From an uncultured Gemmatimonadales bacterium (GTDB taxonomy: Bacteria > Gemmatimonadota > Gemmatimonadetes > Gemmatimonadales > GWC2-71-9), in the NCBI GenBank assembly GCA_963771275.1, contig CAVYSW010000003.1, forward strand, positions 1,152,001 to 1,216,000: 64,000 nt of DNA. Direction: 5' to 3'. Both the position numbers and the translations under genes were made by a program. Below the pieces are notes generated by a model that saw only the letters and a program-made list of their open reading frames with translations, was not told the DNA's origin and did not search any database. Positions within the stretch are counted from its first letter, which is position 1. Every line of letters starts with the position of its first letter. This document shows, piece after piece, positions 23,939 to 34,571 of this stretch.

Positions 23939-24075
23939 CTGCTCGATGGGGTTCTGTCCCGAGCTTAGTGTGAGCTGCCATCTCCTATCCGTTCTGTTGA
24001 CAACATGTTAGACGATCACGTCGTGCCTCAGCCGTCGCGATACTGCGTCGTTGATGTTTGAATAGTGTTACTAAG

Positions 24076-24858
24076 ATGTCGCCACGAGAATCCTCTTTTC
24101 CGACCGCCCGGCTCGACGAGGTGGTCCGCTACCTCGACGCGTACCTCCGTGTGCAGGCGATTGCCGACGACCCCCGGACGCTAAACGGCCTGCAGGTCGA
24201 AGGCACCGGTCGCATCACGCGCATGCTCGGCGCGGTTGACGCCTCGCTTGCCACCATCGAGGCTGCGGTCGAGCGCCAGGCCAACCTCGTGATCGTGCAC
24301 CACGGCCTGTTCTGGGGTGGGCCGGAACGACTAGTGGGCCGCGCGGGGCGGAAGGTCCGCGGGCTGGTTCTGAGCGGCATCAGTCTGTATGCCGCTCATC
24401 TGCCGCTCGATTGCCATCCGGAGGTGGGTAACAACGCCGTACTGGCCCGCCAACTGGGGATCACCGGGACGGAGCCATTTGGTCGCCATGAGGGACTTGA
24501 GATCGGCGTTGTCGGCATGCTGGAGACCCCGGTGAGCGATCTCGCCGACCGACTCCGGGTGCAGCTCGGTCATGCACCGCGCGTCATCGCCAAGGGCCCG
24601 GACGTGACCCGGCGCGTCGCGGTGGTGACAGGAGCCGGCGCCGCTCTGGTGCGCGAGGCGCACGAACGGGGCATCGACACCTTCGTGACCGGCGAGGGAC
24701 CGCATCACAGCTTCTTCGACGCCGAAGAATGGGGGATCAACCTCATCTACGCGGGACACTACGCCACGGAGACCGTGGGGGTACGAGCGCTCGGCGCTCA
24801 TCTGCACGACCGCTTCAGCCTTCCGTTCGAGTTCTTCGATCACCCCACGGGTCTGTGA
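24076..24858 (+). CDS. Nif3/YbgI-like dinuclear metal protein
   Basis: NGLQVEG, VHHGLFW, HLPLDCHPEVGNN and GHYATE motifs. Confidence 0.92.
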   Translation: MSPRESSFPTARLDEVVRYLDAYLRVQAIADDPRTLNGLQVEGTGRITRMLGAVDASLATIEAAVERQANLVIVHHGLFWGGPERLVGRAGRKVRGLVLSGISLYAAHLPLDCHPEVGNNAVLARQLGITGTEPFGRHEGLEIGVVGMLETPVSDLADRLRVQLGHAPRVIAKGPDVTRRVAVVTGAGAALVREAHERGIDTFVTGEGPHHSFFDAEEWGINLIYAGHYATETVGVRALGAHLHDRFSLPFEFFDHPTGL

Positions 24859-26054
24859 CGCCGACTCTGGTTCGCTGGGCACGCACGCTGCCACTGGGTC
24901 TCGTGGTGGCCGCCGCGGGCTGCGCGCAGGCGGGAGCCGGCGGCGCTCCGGTGCCCCTTCCGATCCCGACCGTGCTGGCGATCCGCGGGCAGCCGCCCGC
25001 GCTACGGTCGGTGCCGTACCTCGACATTGCGCAGATCCCAGTCTCGGGTAGCGCCCTGGTCTGTGCTGGGGGCGATGTCATGCTGGGGAGCAATCTCGAC
25101 ACGGCGTGGGCGCATCGGGCGAAGCGTGTGGCACCGTTTGATGGCCTCCTTCCCGATCCCGACTCCCTGCTTGCCCCGCTCCGCTCGCTGGTGGCGGACG
25201 CGGACGTCGTGCTCCTCAACGTCGAGGGGGCGATCGGCGCGGGGCCCGCCGCCAGCAAGTGCCGGCGCGGATCGACACACTGCTACCAGTTCCGCCAGGA
25301 AGTCTCCGCAGCGGGGGCGTTGCGGCGGCTGGCGCCTGAGGCCCGGGTCGTCGGGAACGTGGCCAACAACCATGCCGGCGATGCCGGCCCTCGTGGCTTC
25401 GCGCAGACGCTGACGGCGCTCGTGTCTGCGGGGCTCGCGGTCACGGGCGCAGACACGCTTCCCGCCCTGGTGCCGCTGGCCGACGGCGACACGCTGGCGG
25501 TGCTGGGATTCAGCACTTTCGGGGCTGGTCCGGACGCCCGGGATCTGGCGACCGTCCGCCGGCGGGTCTCCCAAGCCGCCGCCCGTCACCGGCCCGTGGT
25601 CGTTTCGGTGCACATGGGCGCGGAGGGAGTCGATGCGCAACGCACGAGTGACGTGGCTGAGCGGTTCGCCGGCGAGAATCGCGGCAACCCGGTGGCGTTT
25701 GCGCACGCGGCCGTTGAAAGCGGGGCCGCCGTCGTGTTCGGACATGGGCCACACGTGCTCCGCGCGATGGAATGGCAGGGAGACGCCCTCGTGGTCTATT
25801 CGCTTGGCAACCTCCTGACCTTCGGCCCGTTCAACCTGGCGGAGCCGCTCAACCGGGGTGGGTTCGTCTGTGCGCTGCTCGACAGCCGGGGCCGGGTGCT
25901 CTCAGCCGAGCTCCGCGCGACGCGACAACTGCCGCCGGGCCGCGCGATGCCGGATTCCACGAGCCGCGCCTGGGTGGTGGTGGACTCGTTGAGCGCTCTG
26001 GACTTCCCGGCCACAGGGGTCCGTGTGGTGGACGGGCAGTTGTGGCGGCGCTGA
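24855..26054 (+). CDS. CapA family metallophosphoesterase-like lipoprotein
   Basis: GDVM, ANNH, GHGPH and YSLGN motifs; lipobox AAGC; GTGA overlap. Confidence 0.85.
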   Translation: MTPTLVRWARTLPLGLVVAAAGCAQAGAGGAPVPLPIPTVLAIRGQPPALRSVPYLDIAQIPVSGSALVCAGGDVMLGSNLDTAWAHRAKRVAPFDGLLPDPDSLLAPLRSLVADADVVLLNVEGAIGAGPAASKCRRGSTHCYQFRQEVSAAGALRRLAPEARVVGNVANNHAGDAGPRGFAQTLTALVSAGLAVTGADTLPALVPLADGDTLAVLGFSTFGAGPDARDLATVRRRVSQAAARHRPVVVSVHMGAEGVDAQRTSDVAERFAGENRGNPVAFAHAAVESGAAVVFGHGPHVLRAMEWQGDALVVYSLGNLLTFGPFNLAEPLNRGGFVCALLDSRGRVLSAELRATRQLPPGRAMPDSTSRAWVVVDSLSALDFPATGVRVVDGQLWRR

Positions 26055-26074
26055 CGGCCGCCGGACGCGCGTGG

Positions 26075-26380
26075 CTAGACTCCGGGCTTGTCGGCAAGCG
26101 GCACGACGAAGCGCACCGTGAGCGTCTCCGCCGTCTGGGGCATCACCGCACAGTAGCACGGCTCGCCGATCACCCGCTTCACCCCCGCCACATCCGCTTC
26201 GTCGATACTCGGCACGTCGCGGAACACGATCTCGAACGTCTGGCCCGCGATCACGTTGTACTGGATCGGGCGGCCCCGGAGGCGGTGATGGGGGTCGACC
26301 TGCTCGAGGCCACGCGTCAGGTGCTGCTGCATGGCGGTGAGCCGCTGACGCAGGACGGGGTCGGTCACGGAGTCGGGCAT
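26075..26380 (-). CDS. Hypothetical protein
   Basis: 101-aa ORF with SD (GGAGG), overlapping the queG stop. Confidence 0.7.
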   Translation of the reverse strand: MPDSVTDPVLRQRLTAMQQHLTRGLEQVDPHHRLRGRPIQYNVIAGQTFEIVFRDVPSIDEADVAGVKRVIGEPCYCAVMPQTAETLTVRFVVPLADKPGV

Positions 26381-27351
26381 GTGGCCTCCCGGATGATGTT
26401 GGCCGCGGCGACGCGCGCGTTGCGCCGCATTCCTGCGAGGCCTGGCCGCGCCAGCGGCGTCCAGCCGAACGACGCGTGAAACGCGGTCTCACTCAGGGTG
26501 TCGAACCGGTCGAGCGGCACCCACGCCCGTCCCGGGTCCGTCGCGAGCTCGGCGCCTGGTGTCGGGTGCGCGAACTTCGCGTTCCACGGGCACACGCTCT
26601 GGCACACGTCGCAGCCAAAGATCCAGTCGCCGGTGGCTGTGGCCAAGTGGGGCGGCGTGGCTCCGCGGTGCTCGATCGTGAGGTATGCGATGCAGCGAGT
26701 GGCGTCGAGCAGCCGCGCCTCGCGGAAGGCGCCGGTCGGGCATGCCTCCAGGCACCGGGTGCACGTACCGCACCGATCCGCCCCGAACGGCTGGTCGACT
26801 TGTACGTCCAGGTCCGTGAGCACCCCTGCGAGGAACACGAACGAGCCGCGTGCGGGGTCAATGAGCATCGTGTTCTTCCCGATCCAGCCAAGCCCGGCGC
26901 GCTGCGCCAATTCCCGCTCAGGAACAGGGCCGGCGTCCATGAACGTTCGGGCGACGGTTCCCTCCGGCCCCAGTGACGCGATGAACGCCGCAAGCAAGCG
27001 CAGGGGTCCGTCGAGCGCGACGTGATAATCGGGCCCGCGAGCATACTTCGCGACTCGGCCCGCCGCGGCCTCGGGTGCGGGATCCGGGCGGTAGTAGTTG
27101 CGCGTGACGACGATGGCCCGGGTTGTGCCCGGGGCGATCCGGGCGGGCTCCCGGCGCCGCGCGGCCTGACGGTGCATGTACCGCATCGTGCCCGCCAGGC
27201 CCTCCGCGAGCCAGTGATCCAGCGCGTCGGCATGCGGCACGGGGGTGAGATCCGTCACCCCGGCGCTGTCGAATCCCAGTTCGACAGCGCGTCGCTTGAT
27301 GCGGGCGCTCCGCTGGGCGGCGTTCAGAGCCGGAGCAGCTTCCGCCGCCAC
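26365..27351 (-). CDS. queG: tRNA epoxyqueuosine(34) reductase QueG (start uncertain)
   Basis: YARGPDYH, GLGWIGKN, CGTCTRCLEACPT and WIFGCDVCQSVCPWN motifs. Confidence 0.92.
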   Translation of the reverse strand: MAAEAAPALNAAQRSARIKRRAVELGFDSAGVTDLTPVPHADALDHWLAEGLAGTMRYMHRQAARRREPARIAPGTTRAIVVTRNYYRPDPAPEAAAGRVAKYARGPDYHVALDGPLRLLAAFIASLGPEGTVARTFMDAGPVPERELAQRAGLGWIGKNTMLIDPARGSFVFLAGVLTDLDVQVDQPFGADRCGTCTRCLEACPTGAFREARLLDATRCIAYLTIEHRGATPPHLATATGDWIFGCDVCQSVCPWNAKFAHPTPGAELATDPGRAWVPLDRFDTLSETAFHASFGWTPLARPGLAGMRRNARVAAANIIREATCPTP

Positions 27352-27617
27352 TCGGCGAACCGGATGACGTCCTCCGCGGGCGGCACGGCATCCTCGTCGC
27401 CGTATGCCGTGTACATGCGCCACCGCAGGTACTCCCGGGAGGGCATGGGCAAAAAGGGCGGCGTACGGGCCCAGTCGCGACGCCGGAACGCCCAGGCGGT
27501 GCCAAGCAATGCCAGTGCCAGCCGAGGGCGCAGCACGGCCCGAGCCGCGAGGCGCACGACGAGTCCCACCCAGGCCCTCCCCGTTGCAGATGCTGTCACC
27601 GTCGTAGTTCCGCTCAC
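27324..27617 (-). CDS. Hypothetical protein
   Basis: GTG start with GAGGGAG SD; structured sequence PPFLPMPSREYLRWRMYTAYG. Confidence 0.7.
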   Translation of the reverse strand: MSGTTTVTASATGRAWVGLVVRLAARAVLRPRLALALLGTAWAFRRRDWARTPPFLPMPSREYLRWRMYTAYGDEDAVPPAEDVIRFAEWRRKLLRL

Positions 27618-27721
27618 GTGATCTCCCTCGGCACGGTAGTCTCGCTCGGGGACATGTCTCGCTTCCGACCCGTCCGGGGCGTCCATGGGCGTCCACCTGC
27701 CACAGTGTATATTGGGGCCGA

Positions 27722-28873
27722 ATGACCGCCGCAAGCACCCCCTCCGGACCGGACCTGGCGCACTACCGGGACGAATTCCCGGTCTTCAGGCGGCAGATCT
27801 ATCTGAACTCCTGCTCGCTGGGTGCTCTGTCGCGACGCTCGCGCGCCCGCGTGAACGCGTTTCTCGACGAGTGGGATACGCGTGGTGCCGCCGCCTGGTA
27901 CGACGTCTGGTGGGAGCGGCTGGGGGAGCTGCGTGCCGGCTATGCGCGGATGATCGCGGCCCGGCCCGACGAAATCGCGCTCCACGCGTCCGTCTCGACC
28001 GCGACGGCGGTGCTGGCGAGCGCGCTCGACTACCGCCGCCGCCCGCGGGTCGTCACCACGGAGCTGGATTTCCCCACGGTGGCCTACCAGTGGCTGGCGA
28101 GGCGTCCAGCGGGGGTCGAGGTCGAGGTCGTGCGGAGCCCCGATGGCGTCACGGTACCGCCCGATCTCATTGCCCAAGCGGTGGACGAACGGACGGCGCT
28201 GGTCGCCACGTCACACGTGTTCTTCACGACCGGTGCGATTCAGGACCTTCATGCCGTGGCGGAAGCCGCGCATGCCAAGGGCGCCTACTGCTTCATCGAT
28301 GCCTACCAGAGTGTCGGTCAGCTGCCGCTCGACGTCCACGCGAGTGGTGTGGACTTCCTGTGCTCGGGGGGGCTGAAATGGCTGCTGGGTGGCCCGGGGA
28401 TCACGTTCCTCTACGCGCGCGCTGAAGTCGTGCCGCGGCTCGAGCCGGCGGTCACCGGGTGGTTTGCCAACACACGCCAATTCGACTTCGATCCCCGGTC
28501 GCTCGTATGGCACGATGACGCTCGGCGGCTGGAGCAGGGGACCCCGGCCCTGGCGGCAGTGCACGCCCAGTTGGGCGGGCTCGAGGTGCTGGAGGAAATC
28601 GGCCTGCCGCACGTGCACGCGGCCACCGCGCTGCTCGCGGCCGACCTGGTCGACCGGGCGACCGAGCGCGGCTTGCGGCCGAAGGTCGCGCGGTCCGCGG
28701 CGGAACGCTCGGCGATCGTGATGCTGCCCTCGGAGGACCCACATGGGGACGTGGCCCGGCTCGGGGCCCGGCGGATCGTCGTCGACGCGCGGCCGGGCCA
28801 CGTGCGGATCTCCCCCTTTTTCTACAACACGGTTGAGGACCATGGCGCGGCACTCGCGGCACTCCGTCCCTAG
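27722..28873 (+). CDS. Class V PLP-dependent enzyme (kynureninase/cysteine desulfurase-like)
   Basis: YLNSCSLG, DAYQSVG and LKWLLGGPG motifs. Confidence 0.88.
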   Translation: MTAASTPSGPDLAHYRDEFPVFRRQIYLNSCSLGALSRRSRARVNAFLDEWDTRGAAAWYDVWWERLGELRAGYARMIAARPDEIALHASVSTATAVLASALDYRRRPRVVTTELDFPTVAYQWLARRPAGVEVEVVRSPDGVTVPPDLIAQAVDERTALVATSHVFFTTGAIQDLHAVAEAAHAKGAYCFIDAYQSVGQLPLDVHASGVDFLCSGGLKWLLGGPGITFLYARAEVVPRLEPAVTGWFANTRQFDFDPRSLVWHDDARRLEQGTPALAAVHAQLGGLEVLEEIGLPHVHAATALLAADLVDRATERGLRPKVARSAAERSAIVMLPSEDPHGDVARLGARRIVVDARPGHVRISPFFYNTVEDHGAALAALRP

Positions 28874-29597
28874 GCCCGACCGTCTCACGACGGCCGACGC
28901 CCAGCTGCTCACCACTCCGCCGATCACCGAACGACGGGGGTTCACGAACACCGACCCATGGCGGGTGCTGCGGATCATGGGGGAGTTCGTCGAGGGATTT
29001 GATGACCTGTCGGACCTGCGCTCGGCGGTGACGATCTTCGGCTCGGCCCGGGTTACCGACACGGACCCGTGGTACCAGCTGGCCCGCGAGACCGCGCGGT
29101 TGCTCGGGAAGGAGCAGTTCGCGGTCATCACGGGAGGTGGCCCGGGCATGATGGAGGCGGCGAACCGGGGAGCGAAGGAGGCCGGGACGCTCTCGATTGG
29201 GCTCAACATCGAGCTCCCGCACGAACAGCATCTCAACCCGCACGTGGATCGCCAGATCAACTTCCGCTACTTCTTCGTGCGCAAGACCATGTTCGTGAAA
29301 TACTCGAGCGCGTTCGTGGTGTTTCCCGGCGGGTTCGGCACGCTGGACGAGCTGTTCGAGTCGTTGACGCTGATGCAGACCGGCAAGATCGAGCACTTCG
29401 CCGTCGTGCTCATGGGGATGGAGTACTGGGGGGGCCTGATCGCCTGGCTGCGAGACCGGGTGGCCCGGGAGGGGAAGATCGACCGCACGGATCTGGATCT
29501 GTTCCTCGTGACCGATGATCCCCGCGAAGCGGTCCGGTTCATCCTGGAAGCGGAGCACCGGGCGGGGCGACGCCCGCAGCCGCGCCGGGCGCGATAG
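28842..29597 (+). CDS. LOG family protein (TIGR00730)
   Basis: [20 protein letters not shown] and PGGFGTLDE motifs. Confidence 0.92.
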   Translation: MARHSRHSVPRPDRLTTADAQLLTTPPITERRGFTNTDPWRVLRIMGEFVEGFDDLSDLRSAVTIFGSARVTDTDPWYQLARETARLLGKEQFAVITGGGPGMMEAANRGAKEAGTLSIGLNIELPHEQHLNPHVDRQINFRYFFVRKTMFVKYSSAFVVFPGGFGTLDELFESLTLMQTGKIEHFAVVLMGMEYWGGLIAWLRDRVAREGKIDRTDLDLFLVTDDPREAVRFILEAEHRAGRRPQPRRAR

Positions 29598-29620
29598 CCG
29601 ATCGGAAAGGGCAGAGATTC

Positions 29621-30763
29621 ATGCACAAGCCGACGAGCTCCTATCTCACCGGTCCCCGGATCGATCCGCGACCGATCACCGGCCGGGAGAGCGTTCCCGA
29701 GCTGATCGAGAACGCGTTCCTCGCGTACAATGCCGGCCGGTTGCGGGAAGCGTGCCGTCTGTACACCGAGAAGATGCTGGCCGACGGTGGGACAGTGGGC
29801 ATGAGCCTCACGGGCGCGATGACGCCGGCAGGCCTCGGAATGTCCACGGTCATCCCGCTGCTCGAAGCGGGCTTCGTGGACTGGATCGTATCCACCGGCG
29901 CGAACCTGTATCACGACGCCCACTTCGCCCTCGGTCTCGGGCTGCACCGGGGTCGCCCCGACGTGGACGACGTGGCGCTGCGCGAACAGGGGGTCGTGCG
30001 GATCTATGACATCTTCTTCGACTATCGGGTGCTGCTCCACACCGACGCCTTCATTCGCGAGGTGTCCGCCCGACCCGAGTTCCAGCGGTCGATGGCCTCC
30101 GCCGAGTATCACTACCTGCTCGGCGGCTACGTGCGCGAGCGGGAGCGCGCGCTCGGCCTGACGCACAAGTCGCTCCTCAGCGTCGCCCACGAGCAGGCCG
30201 TGCCGATCTACACGTCGTCGCCCGGCGATTCGTCGATCGGGATGAACGTCGCCGAGCTGGCGCTCAGCGGGCATCAGCTCCGGTTCGACGTCTCGGCGGA
30301 TGTGAACGAGACGGCGGCGATCGTGCTCGGAGCCAAGCGGGGAGGCGGAACGAGTGGCGTCCTGATCGTGGGGGGAGGCAGCCCGAAGAATTTCGTGCTG
30401 CAGACCGAGCCGCAGATTCAGGAGGTGCTCGGCATCGATGAGAAGGGGCACGATTACTACCTGCAATTGACGGACGCGCGCGTCGATACTGGCGGTCTCT
30501 CCGGCGCGACACCGGGCGAGGCCGTGAGCTGGGGGAAGGTCGATCCCGCGCGACTGCCGGATACCGTGGTCGCCTATCTCGACGCGACGGTGGCGCTCCC
30601 GCTGCTGGCGGCCTACGCCCTGGCCGTGCTGCCTCCGCGGTCCCCGAAGCGGCTCTACGAGCGGCGCGGCGCCCTGCTCGACGATCTCCGGCGCGCCTAC
30701 GCCGCGGCGCGGGACGACCGGGACGCCCGCGCCCGTGGGTCCGCGGGTGCCAGCGGTGGGTGA
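29621..30763 (+). CDS. Deoxyhypusine synthase-like protein (homospermidine synthase type)
   Basis: [17 protein letters not shown] and [16 protein letters not shown] motifs. Confidence 0.9.
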   Translation: MHKPTSSYLTGPRIDPRPITGRESVPELIENAFLAYNAGRLREACRLYTEKMLADGGTVGMSLTGAMTPAGLGMSTVIPLLEAGFVDWIVSTGANLYHDAHFALGLGLHRGRPDVDDVALREQGVVRIYDIFFDYRVLLHTDAFIREVSARPEFQRSMASAEYHYLLGGYVRERERALGLTHKSLLSVAHEQAVPIYTSSPGDSSIGMNVAELALSGHQLRFDVSADVNETAAIVLGAKRGGGTSGVLIVGGGSPKNFVLQTEPQIQEVLGIDEKGHDYYLQLTDARVDTGGLSGATPGEAVSWGKVDPARLPDTVVAYLDATVALPLLAAYALAVLPPRSPKRLYERRGALLDDLRRAYAAARDDRDARARGSAGASGG

Positions 30764-30770
30764 GGGCGCA

Positions 30771-32290
30771 GTGACCGGGCCCGGAGCAGTGGTGTCGCGG
30801 CGATACGCCGCGTACGCGGTGGCGTTGCTCGCGCTGATCAACATCATCAACTACGTCGATCGTAACATCATCTTCGTGCTGTTCGAGGCGATCAAGCACG
30901 AGCTCGACCTGACGGACGCGGAGCTCGGGTGGCTCGGATCGGCGTATGTCATCGTCTACGCGCTGTCGGCCATCCCGCTCGGTGTCCTGAGCGACCTCAA
31001 GTCGCGCCGCGCCGTGGTGGGGGTGGGCGTGACCGTGTGGAGCGCGTTCACGGCGCTCGGCGGGCTGGCGCGGAACTTCGGCCAGCTGTTCGTGTGCCGG
31101 TCGATGGTCGGTGTCGGCGAGGCGTCGTACACACCGGCCGCGCAGTCGCTGATCGCGATGTACTTCCCCGGCCGGGGCCGGGCGCTCGCGCTTGGCGTCT
31201 TCTGGAGCGGCTTGGCGCTGGGTGGGGTGACGGGTATCTGGGTGGGGGGGAGCTCGAGCAGCTCTACGGCTGGCGAGCGGCGTTCCTGGCCGTCGGCATC
31301 CCGGGCTTCGTGCTGGCAATGCTCGCGACCCAGCTCAAGGACCCCGCGCGGGCGCGCGCCCATTTCCGGGTGCTCGACCAGCTCAAGCGGCTGGAGCTGA
31401 CCATCTGGCGGGTCGCGAAGGCGCTCTGGCCCCTGTGGGTCTTCACGGCATTGGGGGGCATCGCCGCGCTCGTGATTGATCGCGCACGGTTCGGCAATCC
31501 CGATCTCGACGCCGCGCTCCTCACGGCGTTCGCGGGTGCCGGCCTGGTGGTGATGGTCGTGATTGCCGTGCGAGCGGCGCTGGTCCACCGGCACGATTTC
31601 CCCAGCCACCATCCGCGCGTGGAGGAGTTCGTCCGCGCCGGTCGTGCCGTCCTCCGGACCAAGACGCTGATCTGGCTGTTCCTGGGAAGCGCGTTGATCG
31701 CGTTTTCCATGAACGGGCTCGTGGCGTGGTCCCCCAGCTATCTCCAGCGCGAGCTGGGCCTGATCCCGCAGACCGTGGGCCGGACGATTGGGGTGTGGGG
31801 ACTCTCCGGCGCGGTCCTCGGCGTCGTGTTCGGCGGGCGACTCGGCGACCACCTGGCCGAGCGGTTCGCCGCCGGCCGGGTGGTCGTCGGCTCGGCTGGA
31901 TTCCTCGTGGGCGCGCCGCTGGCGCTGTGGCTGCTCACGGTGGAAGACCTCGACCTCTTCATTCCGTTGTTCTTCGCCACGACGTTCTTCTTCACGTGGT
32001 ACCACGGACCGATGAGCGCCGCGATCTTCGACGTCGTCCCGCCCCAGGTCGCGGCCTCAGTCATCGGGGCGTACGTGTTCTTCACCCATATCGCCGGCGA
32101 CGCGATCGCGTATCCCCTGATCGGCTTCCTATCGGACCGGTTCGGGCTGCGGGCGGCGATGATGGTGCTGCCTGCGGCGGCGTTTCTCGGCGGGAGCGTC
32201 GTGCTGCTCGCGACCCGCACGATAGCCTCGGACAGGGATCGCGCGCGCCGTGCGTCGGGTGCGTTTTTTGTGCCGCAGGAGGCGCTGTAA
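30771..32290 (+). CDS. MFS transporter (spinster-like), frameshifted at G7 run 31244-31250
   Basis: NYVDR and GVGEASY in the first frame; ELEQLYGWRAAF onward in the next frame; one added G joins them. Confidence 0.85.
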
Positions 32291-32303
32291 GCGCCGCGCC
32301 GGC

Positions 32304-33959
32304 TCATGCCCCGCCGGTGAGGTCGGCCCGGAAGGCGTTGTGCCGATGGACCTCGGCGAGATAGGCCGCCAGCTCGCTCGCGGTGCGCGCGGCGGTCCAG
32401 CCGAGCTCCGCACCGATCAGCGCCGCCAGGCCTGGCGCCTCGGATACCGCGTGACCGGGAACCTCGAAGAAGATGTGCGTGCGCCGCATCAGGAGATCGG
32501 TCAGTGTGAGGGCCAGCTCCCGTCGCGTGGCATGCACCAGCTGGGCCCGCAGGGCCGGATGGCCCGGGACGACCGGCTGGGCGAGCCCGGGGTCGGCGCG
32601 CGCCAGCCGCGCCACGGCCGGGGCCTCGGTGCCGTGCAGCCGGACCACGTACTCGGCGGTTGCGCGCGGCAGCCCCTCGTTCTCCATCTCCGCGATGAGC
32701 AACGCGAGGTTGCCGGTTTCACCACCGGGCAGCGGCTCGCGATCGGTGGGTGCGCGCGGCGGGACCGGTCTGCCGTCCAGGGCATGCAGCAGCGCTGCCG
32801 CACGATCCACCGCATCGGCCGCCATGGCCCGGTAGGTGGTGAGCTTCCCACCCACCACCGAGAGCAACCCTGGATCCTCGATGATCTGATGCTCCCGGGA
32901 GACCGCTGCCGCGGAGCGCGCGTCGGGTGGCCGCAGCAGCGGGCGCACCCCGGCCCAGGCGGAGACGACATCGCTGGGCTGCAGGCGCGCGTCGGGAAAC
33001 ACCGCGTTGGCGGACCGGAGCAGGTAGACCACGTCGGCGGCCTCAACGCAGGCGTCCTCCGGATCCCCGGTGTAGTCGGTGTCGGTCGTCCCGATGTAGG
33101 TAAGGTCACCCCATGGCAGCACGAACATCACCCGCCCGTCCACGGGCGACAGCAAGGTCACGGCCGAGTGGTTGCCCACGCGCGAGCGGGGGACCGCGAC
33201 GTGCGCCCCCTTGGTAGGTCGCAGCAGCGTGCGCCCGTCGCGGCGCAGGCCGTCCGACCACGGGCCAGTGGCGTTGATCACCACTTGAGCCCGGATGCCA
33301 AAGCGCGCGCCCGTCGCGACGTCCAGGGCCCGCACGCCGCGGACGCGGCCGTCGGCGATCTCAAAGCTCTCGACCGCCACATAGTTGGCCACCAGCCCAC
33401 CCATCTGGTGGGCCGCCCGCACGTTGGCGAGCGTCAGGCGTGCATCGTCGCACTGGGCGTCGTAGTACCGGACGCCGCCCTGGAGGCCCCGGGGGCGGAG
33501 TCCCGGCTCGATCCGGAGCAGGGCCCGCTTGCTGAGCCACCGATGGGCCTTCACATTCCTGAGCAGCGCCAGGGCATCATACAGGGCAAAGCCCGCGGCG
33601 AGCTTCCAGGCCGGCACGCGCCCGCCCGCGAACACCGGGAGCAGGAACGGCTGCGGCCACACCAGGTGGGGCGCGATCCGCAGCAGGATGCGACGTTCCC
33701 GGGATGCCTCGAAGACGAGTCGCAGGGCGCCGTGCTCGAGGTAGCGCAACCCGCCGTGGATGAGGCGGGAGGAACGGCCGCTCGTCCCCGCCGCAAAGTC
33801 CGCGCGCTCGACGAGGGCGGTCCGGAAGCCGCGCATGGCGGCATCGCGTGCGACTCCGGCGCCGGTGATACCCCCGCCGACCACGAGCACATCGAGCGGG
33901 CGCTCCACCATGTCGGTGAGGGCGATGGAACGAGTGGCGGCTGAAATGGAGGCGTCCAC
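32304..33959 (-). CDS. glpD: FAD-dependent glycerol-3-phosphate dehydrogenase (start uncertain, 33911 or 33959)
   Basis: GGGITG, GTSGRSSRLIHGGLRYL, DDARL and GGKLTTYR motifs. Confidence 0.93.
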   Translation of the reverse strand: MDASISAATRSIALTDMVERPLDVLVVGGGITGAGVARDAAMRGFRTALVERADFAAGTSGRSSRLIHGGLRYLEHGALRLVFEASRERRILLRIAPHLVWPQPFLLPVFAGGRVPAWKLAAGFALYDALALLRNVKAHRWLSKRALLRIEPGLRPRGLQGGVRYYDAQCDDARLTLANVRAAHQMGGLVANYVAVESFEIADGRVRGVRALDVATGARFGIRAQVVINATGPWSDGLRRDGRTLLRPTKGAHVAVPRSRVGNHSAVTLLSPVDGRVMFVLPWGDLTYIGTTDTDYTGDPEDACVEAADVVYLLRSANAVFPDARLQPSDVVSAWAGVRPLLRPPDARSAAAVSREHQIIEDPGLLSVVGGKLTTYRAMAADAVDRAAALLHALDGRPVPPRAPTDREPLPGGETGNLALLIAEMENEGLPRATAEYVVRLHGTEAPAVARLARADPGLAQPVVPGHPALRAQLVHATRRELALTLTDLLMRRTHIFFEVPGHAVSEAPGLAALIGAELGWTAARTASELAAYLAEVHRHNAFRADLTGGA

Positions 33960-34512
33960 GCGCCTATTCTCTCGACGACCTGAGCGCGGGCTGCCCCCGA
34001 GCGCCTGGTTCACCTGGCATGCGCGGATTTTCCGCCCCGGGGTGCGGGTGCTGGACCTCGCCAGCGGGCCCGGCCGTCACGCGCTCGCGGCCGCCGAGCT
34101 CGGGGCGGAGGTCGTGGCCGCGGACGCCGACGGCGAGGCGCTTGAGATCCTCGAGCGCGAGGCGCAACGACGGCAGCTGGCGGTGAAGTGCCTGCACGTG
34201 GACCTCCACACGAGCCAGATCGCGCCCGCGTCGTTCGATGTCGTCATGATGTTCAACTACCTGGATCGGGAGCGCTTCCCCGACATCCTGGCTGCCGTGC
34301 GGCCGGCCGGCCGCCTCCTGGCCGAGACCTTCCTGGTCGCGCAGCGCGATCAGGGGTGGGGACCGCAGTCGGACGACCACCTGCTCCAGCCCGGGGAATT
34401 GCTGCGCCTCGTGAGGCCATTCGAGGTCGTGCTCTCCCGCGAAGTCATCGAAGTCATCGATGGACGTCCCGCGGCGCTTGCGAGCGTGCTCGCGATCCGC
34501 CCCGGGAAATGA
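33946..34512 (+). CDS. Class I SAM-dependent methyltransferase (TehB-like)
   Basis: VLDLASGPGR, FNYLDR and LLQPGEL motifs. Confidence 0.85.
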   Translation: MEASTRLFSRRPERGLPPSAWFTWHARIFRPGVRVLDLASGPGRHALAAAELGAEVVAADADGEALEILEREAQRRQLAVKCLHVDLHTSQIAPASFDVVMMFNYLDRERFPDILAAVRPAGRLLAETFLVAQRDQGWGPQSDDHLLQPGELLRLVRPFEVVLSREVIEVIDGRPAALASVLAIRPGK

Positions 34513-34571
34513 TCGCGACCATCCCGTTCTCACGCTAGCACGCCTCCCACCCCGCGGCTAGTTTTCCGCCC

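Noticed and set aside
27325..27327. Non-canonical CTG start for queG (CTGA overlap)
   Set aside because: An in-frame GTG at 27351 gives an ordinary alternative; cannot be distinguished from sequence alone
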